This document shows positions 52,674 to 55,834 of a DNA stretch of 55,834 bases, in pieces. Origin of the DNA: Acidobacteriota bacterium (GTDB taxonomy: Bacteria > Acidobacteriota > Thermoanaerobaculia > UBA5066 > Gp7-AA6). Under the pieces are notes generated by a model, which saw only the letters and a list, made by a program, of their open reading frames with translations, had not been told where the DNA came from and made no database searches. The first letter of the stretch is position 1; the number at the start of each line of letters is the position of its first letter. Location: the NCBI GenBank assembly GCA_046726795.1, contig JBKPBH010000019.1:1-55834 (forward strand), in the 5' to 3' direction. A program made the translations under genes and the position numbers.

Positions 52674-53245
52674 ATCGGTCCATTCGTATCATCGCGGGGC
52701 GCTGGAAAGGGAGGAGACTCGAAGTTCCGGAAGGGGCGCGGCCCACTCTGGGCCGTGCGCGCGAGGCGCTCTTCAGCATCGTTCAGAAGAGAGTCCCGGG
52801 CGCCCTGGTTCTCGACCTGTACGCGGGAAGCGGAGCCATCGGGCTGGAAGCCGTCTCGCGCGGAGCGGCGCGGGCGGTTCTGGTCGAGAAAGAGGCCGGC
52901 GTTCTGCGAAGGAACCTCGCGAGACTTCCGCCTCCCCGCGACCAGGTCGAGATCCTGGCGGAAGACGCGGAGGCGGCCGCGCAGACGCTGGCTCGGACCG
53001 GACGGCGATTCGATCTGGTCTTCGCCGATCCTCCCTATGGGCTTGGCTCGCCGGCCTTCCACACTCGCGCCGGCGAGCTCGCCGTCTCTGGAGGGCTCGT
53101 CATCCTGCAGAGCGAGAGCCCGGGCGACACCTCGCCGCAACTGCCGGCGATGAGCCTCGTCGAGCGCCGCGCCTATGGCCGCAACGTCTTCCTCTTCTAT
53201 TCGCACGATCCCGCGGCCCGCGCCGCTCGTCCGGCAACGTTTTGA
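52670..53245 (+). CDS. rsmD: 16S rRNA (guanine966-N2)-methyltransferase
   Basis: IRIIAGRWKGRRL, LDLYAGSGAIGLEAVSRGA and the FADPPY motif. Confidence 0.88.
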   Translation: MNRSIRIIAGRWKGRRLEVPEGARPTLGRAREALFSIVQKRVPGALVLDLYAGSGAIGLEAVSRGAARAVLVEKEAGVLRRNLARLPPPRDQVEILAEDAEAAAQTLARTGRRFDLVFADPPYGLGSPAFHTRAGELAVSGGLVILQSESPGDTSPQLPAMSLVERRAYGRNVFLFYSHDPAARAARPATF

Positions 53246-53314
53246 CCGTCCCGGCGCAAGATGTTAGGCTGCGCCCTTTGAATCGCCCGCCAGAACGCCC
53301 AAAGGAGAGCTTCA

Positions 53315-55834
<2,520 letters not shown>

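Overview
Visibly GC-rich bacterial chromosomal segment; third codon positions are almost always G/C, and GC-rich shadow ORFs appear on every strand. It is densely packed with about 50 real CDS and one tRNA, mostly core housekeeping genes. I found no rRNA, IS element, prophage or CRISPR array.

Gene order:
- tRNA-Gln, then a BNR/Asp-box propeller protein.
- Translation cluster prs-ctc(L25)-pth-rpsF-rpsR-DUF2232-rplI.
- M1 peptidase plus an unknown membrane protein.
- Lipid cluster: extended SDR, serine-palmitoyltransferase-like alpha-oxoamine synthase and a large GNAT-like acyltransferase, with a convergent PAP2/SMS-like enzyme.
- Co-directional chain nfeD-stomatin-SPOR-lipA-lnt-prfB-nudix. prfB carries the classical CTT TGA +1 frameshift.
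- Operon of a PEGA Ser/Thr kinase, a TPR protein and a DUF1684 protein.
- Lipoprotein plus a beta-lactamase-fold hydrolase.
- thiolase-hbd-crotonase.
- IPMS-like enzyme overlapping xerD, then a lytic transglycosylase.
- ParB-like protein plus a cyclase.
- Threonine-dehydratase-like enzyme.
- Two tandem small YXWGXW-type secreted paralogs.
- HAMP-PP2C phosphatase plus an M28 peptidase.
- guaA, then an aminotransferase plus an APC permease.
- dnaE, a CCA/poly(A) polymerase family gene, rsmD, metK and ahcY (runs off the window).

Most notable observations:
1. The SDR/SPT-like/GNAT/PAP2 locus looks like a compact bacterial ceramide or sphingoid-type lipid pathway.
2. Intergenic elements are built from tandem heptanucleotide words, often as inverted arrays that form long hairpins. 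The same words recur at distant loci.
3. TAnnnT -10-like hexamers sit 6-10 nt upstream of the start codons of operon-first genes that lack a Shine-Dalgarno sequence. This predicts leaderless mRNAs.
4. A 180-bp element has 20-bp terminal inverted repeats, and there are REP-like repeats.

Start codons were chosen by hand and several are uncertain. All functions are inferred from motifs I could recognise by eye.
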